This document shows, in pieces, positions 59,596-64,000 of a stretch of DNA of 64,000 bases. The stretch is from Sphaerodactylus townsendi (Eukaryota). The stretch spans positions 36,518,001 through 36,582,000 of the forward strand of contig NC_059435.1 of assembly GCF_021028975.2 (NCBI RefSeq), written 5' to 3'. The notes beneath the pieces were generated by a model. That model had not been told where the DNA came from and ran no database searches. It saw nothing but the letters and a program-made list of their open reading frames with translations. The first letter of the stretch is position 1. Every line of letters begins with the position of its first letter. A program made the translations under genes and the position numbers.

Positions 59596-62394
59596 CATTA
59601 AGTGCTACATTTCACAGTGTGGACACAGCCACACAAAATCATGATGTTGTTCTGCTGTCCATGATAACAAGAGCACCATCAGAGGACTTGCTCACTAGAA
59701 GCAACCACAAAGTGTAATCGTCAAAATATGACTGGATGAAATATTTTGCCACCTTTTATTGTTTTGAGGTGCAAAAGACTGTTTCAGGTAAAAACCAGCT
59801 AAAACTTTTTATCAGCAAAATGGTGCAAAAAAGTGTTAGGTAAACATGAATCTCATTGTCTTCCACTTATATGTGTAAACCTTTATGTGCCCATAAAAGA
59901 AATCTTGCTAGTAAATGCTGTTATGTACATTCTGGATAGCAATTGAGAAGATAAGGCTCTTACTACACAAAAACAGCTTGAAAGAAAAGTAGTTTGATTT
60001 GATTGTTTCATTCCTCAGGGAACATACCCAGCTTTGGTCTGTAGATTTCATAGCAAACACTCCTTAAAATGCTTTTATTTATTGCTAGACATGTAAAGAT
60101 TGCAGAAAATTTCTTTTAAAAGGCATGTAAATAGGATAGACTGCAAGATACCCTTGCACTTGAAAAAAATCCATCAGTTTTCAGAGAAGCTACAATTGCC
60201 TAATAGTACCATAACTACATGGCAAGAAACATTAAGTTGCAAATTATCTCTAAGCTGATGGCCAAAAGGTCTGCATAATAGCAGGAGAGTACAGTCGGAT
60301 GTTAGGAAACAATCATGATGCTTAACCTTTACAATTATCTTGTGGTCCATCAGTTACAAAGCTGTCTATTTAAAATAATATTCATATGAATTCTATGCAT
60401 TAATTTCCTACTGCTCCCTAATTCTGTTATTCCATTGATCTACAGTTCAGGTCCAGATCCTATTTCTGGTCTAGGTTCCAGACCTGGAACATGTGAAGCA
60501 ACAAGATAACAGAATACATTGATGTGTTTTGAAGGGACTTTCGTTCATCACTGAGCAACCAAGCTCAGCCGCCATACACATCTAAGACGGAAAGGCTTCC
60601 AGACGAAAGACTGTTATCTAATCAGGCGTTCCATTTGCACCATGAAGATGTTCCTTCACTAGATGGCATTCTACCAGTGAAATTGTGTTAAGCTAGTTGC
60701 ATCCATTGAAGTTGTCACCTACTGAGAAAAAACAACAGTGAACTGAAGAATTGGACTCTAGACTAGACTAATGCCTGGTCTTTCTAATCAACTGCAAAGT
60801 TCAGGACATTTATTCTTCCAATTCATAGAAAGGATTTGAAGAGGGATGCCAAACCAGCACAGGAGAACAAAACTCCAATTTAGACATACTAATAGGATTG
60901 CCATTTTGGATTTTAACTGGGGTGAGCACAAAGTTTCAGTGGCAAAAGCAAGATTCACAGCATAGTTGAAATATATGGATACATTTAACAATAGATTGCA
61001 AAAAATAGCTGCATATTCTTTTTTTTTAATATCTCATAACAATCAGATAGAAGATATTCCTGAGAAGTACATATTGTCTGAAAGATGAGCTGGATTTCAC
61101 TCCCCAAATCAAATCTCTTAATCATTTCCCTTCTCCAACAGCACAGAAGTAGACATTTCATTTTATCAACAACCATTTAGGGGATTTCAGAACTTCGTAA
61201 TAGCTTCACTGGAGAGTTAACTACAAAGAGAATTCTGAAATCAATTTGACAAAGGAGAAGCATACATTTTAAAGAGATGTTTTATATTGGCTTTTCAAGT
61301 TCTTTCTGAATCTCTATACCACTGATCTGGTTCAGACATGAGAACTGGATGAAAGCAGGATGAATGTTTCATTTAAGCTAAAGTTGTGCGTGTGTATGTG
61401 TGTTTTGGAGGGTGGGAGTAGGTTTTGGTCCAGTATGAAAGGCTTTTTACATTTTATTTATGGTTGTTATAGTCTGCCTTTTTCACTGGGACTCAAGGCA
61501 GAGGTTTTTACCCCTCCCTCGCTCCCCTTCACTTGCATGCCACCCCTTCCCCTCTCTCCCTTCCCCCTCCCTCCGCTAGGGTGGGTGGGTCATGTCCAGA
61601 TGCCGGCCCCCTCCCATTCCCCCTCCCTTGCATGCCACCCTCTCCCTCCCTCCCTCCCCTTCCCTTGCATGCCACTGTGCTGATAGTTCTAAGCTAACCT
61701 TTTCACTGCAGCAGTGGCGAAAACAGTGGTTTCAGCCTTATTTCCAGCACACAATGCTTAGAAGTTAGAGGTTCAATGCAGTGACAAGGGGTCATGGAGG
61801 CAGTATGTTAAGGCAGATTTGTCTGCATTGTAATGCAGCTTTGACTAAAATACCCTCTCTAGACAGTGGCAGAGAACTGAGAACCCTCCACCCCCTCTCT
61901 GTCATGCTGGAAAAGGCAGGAAACTGCATGGGAATGAGGATGGAGCATTTTGAGCTCCTAAAACTCCTCTCTACAACAGGCCTGGGAGATGTTAATAACC
62001 TCAAAATTGATAACATCTCATAAACCTAGATGTTTTAATGAATCCTGACATATGCAAACCAGACTTCTAACTTCAGGGAGATATGAATGAACTTGATGGC
62101 AACCTGCAGTGATGCACAGTGAAAGGAAAATTTGATTTCTGCCCTTCACTTTACCCCTTATTCTGTAGACTGTTTCAACATGATCACATGTTCAAGAGAA
62201 GATGGCTCAGAGATGGATTAAAAAAACTGCAGTAAAAGTGCTTGAGAAAACAAAAGTACTTGAGGGAGAAGGTTAGTCTAGTTGTGGCCCACCCACCCTG
62301 AGAAAGGGACAGGGACATTAATTTGGGTGGAAAATACCAATGTCTTTCTCTCCAGGACAGATAGCTACATATGGCACTGACTATTCTAAATGGC

Positions 62395-62461
62395 TCCCTG
62401 GCCTGAATGGCCCAGGCTAGCCCAATCTCTTCAGATCTTGGAAGCTAAACAGGGCAGGCCA
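62395..62461 (+). mobile_element. 5S-derived SINE head fragment
   Basis: GCCCAATCTCTTCAGATCTTGGAAGCTAAACAGGG. Confidence 0.75.
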
Positions 62462-62755
62462 CTCTACCACCTCCATTTTAAAAGGCCTGCTCTGTATCTT
62501 TCTTAGCCAGTCAGACACAACCACTGTTTGCCAGCAGACTGCTCAGATTTTTCTGCTCAATCCTTCTCAACACTTTTTAAATTAAAACTTTCTTATCACT
62601 CTTATCAGCATTCTGTCATGGCATCTCACCAGAATGTCTGGCTGCCCTTCAGGAAGATAGAGATTTGTGGGAGGATTTTTCATTTCAAACTCTAGCCTGA
62701 ATATATGAGTCTTTTGGAAACCCAATGTTGTGTAGTGGTTAAAGTGTCAGACTAG

Positions 62756-62884
62756 GGCTGATTCCGCATGGGTCAAAAATAGCAGTGTGAAAACAGTGTG
62801 AAAATGGTGTAAAAGTGTTTAAAATGGTGTAAAAGGGTTTATACTGTTTTCACACCGCTGTTTTTGGCCCATGAGGAATCAGCC
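62756..62884. mobile_element. 129-bp PIF/Harbinger MITE nested in a tRNA-SINE head (62717-63090)
   Basis: TAG TSD (62753-55, 62885-87); splits the SINE between its A box (TGTAGTGGTTAA) and B box (GGATTCAAATTCC). Confidence 0.92.
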
Positions 62885-64000
62885 TAGGATTTGGAAGATC
62901 TGGATTCAAATTCCTAACACTACCAATGAAGCATGCTCAGTTTTCTTGGGCCTCTCTCTTTCTCTCTATCTCAGTTTAACCTAATTTTCAGATTTTTTTT
63001 GTGAGGGTAAAATGGTAAAAGGTGAATCCAGTACAACACCAGGAGTTTCTTAGGTGAAACACAGGGGGGAAATGTAAGTACATAAATAATGAGAGTGGTT
63101 GCTTAGTATTCTCTATTTTCTTGTAATTCTGAAATCAACAAAGCCCAAAAGGGGCTATACTCCAAGCGATTACCTTGATTGTTTTCAATATACAAAGTTC
63201 AAGCTCATTTAACTAAACAGAACATTTGGTACCACTGTCCTTTTATGAATTGCAGAGTGCACTGAATTACCAGCAGAAACTGCTGAAAGGCAATGTGAGA
63301 AGTGCAATCTCCATTTACTAGACTGAAAAAAAGAGTTGAATTAATTGTAGAAACACAGATGTTGCTCGAGGGTGTGTGTGCATGCAAGAGAGCGCAGGGA
63401 CAGCAAAATGCGATAAGGCCACAAGGGAACAATCGTGTTCTGACATTGGCACTGCAAAACTGGGAAAACGTGACAGGCACGGGCACTTTTACAGAAAGGG
63501 TTTTTTTAAAAATAGCTACTGCCCTTGTGCGTTAATGAACATGAATGCGCAAAGCCAAATGACTGGGAATCCAAGGTGGCAAAGCTGTGGCTCTGAACTG
63601 CAATACAGCTGAGCAAGCATGAGGCTTTTTGACCCACTCACTCAGCAGCTGCAGCCTGATTGATGCTTTGGAGGCTCTTGGTAGGCTCTGGCTAGCTCAT
63701 GCAGGCTCAAGAAATTCTGTTCTTGTGGGATTACAGCCACCTACTGGTGGGTTGCTGTTACTGCTGTACCTGTTCCCAGAATTCATTATTAGAAGTAGGA
63801 GAAGACATCAGCAGTAATTGAGAGTCCAGTGATCCTTAACAACCCCATGCTACATAGTAAGCTATAGATTTCATATCATTGTTAAGAAAGCCTTTCTGAT
63901 TTACCAGCTTGATTCACTTGGAGTTTTTTTCCTTGTTCTTGTACATCTTTCCCTGAATATAAAATTTATAGTGCAGCCCTGTACAAGGGTACACCCTTCT

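Noticed and set aside
63426-63441. Steroid-receptor palindrome GGAACA-ATCG-TGTTCT
   Set aside because: Spacer is 4 nt rather than the canonical 3.

Overview
Non-coding, repeat-rich vertebrate genomic DNA, almost certainly from a squamate (lizard, probably gecko). It carries Sauria-type tRNA SINEs, 5S-derived SINEs, a SPIN MITE, and RTE/BovB, CR1, L2, L1, RTE-X-like and Penelope fragments. I find no intact protein-coding gene, so this is a gene desert or a very large intron. The only recognisable reading frames are decayed retrotransposon ORFs, and the long ORFs in the track lie in GC-rich non-autonomous DNA transposons. There is one 150-N gap (41084-41233). The most unusual items are: (1) a TSD-flanked head-to-head chimera of antisense U2 snRNA and a LINE 3' tail (3529-3744), suggesting twin priming from two different RNAs; (2) PIF/Harbinger MITEs whose internal hairpin carries outward-facing 5' splice sites on both strands; (3) back-to-back Penelope hammerhead remnants, one hit by an unidentified 136-bp structured retroposon; (4) a Harbinger family with a covarying pre-miRNA-like central hairpin. 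Several CpG-rich blocks that break repeat consensus may be low-accuracy long-read sequence. All family names come from recognition by eye, not database searches, and boundaries without TSDs are approximate.
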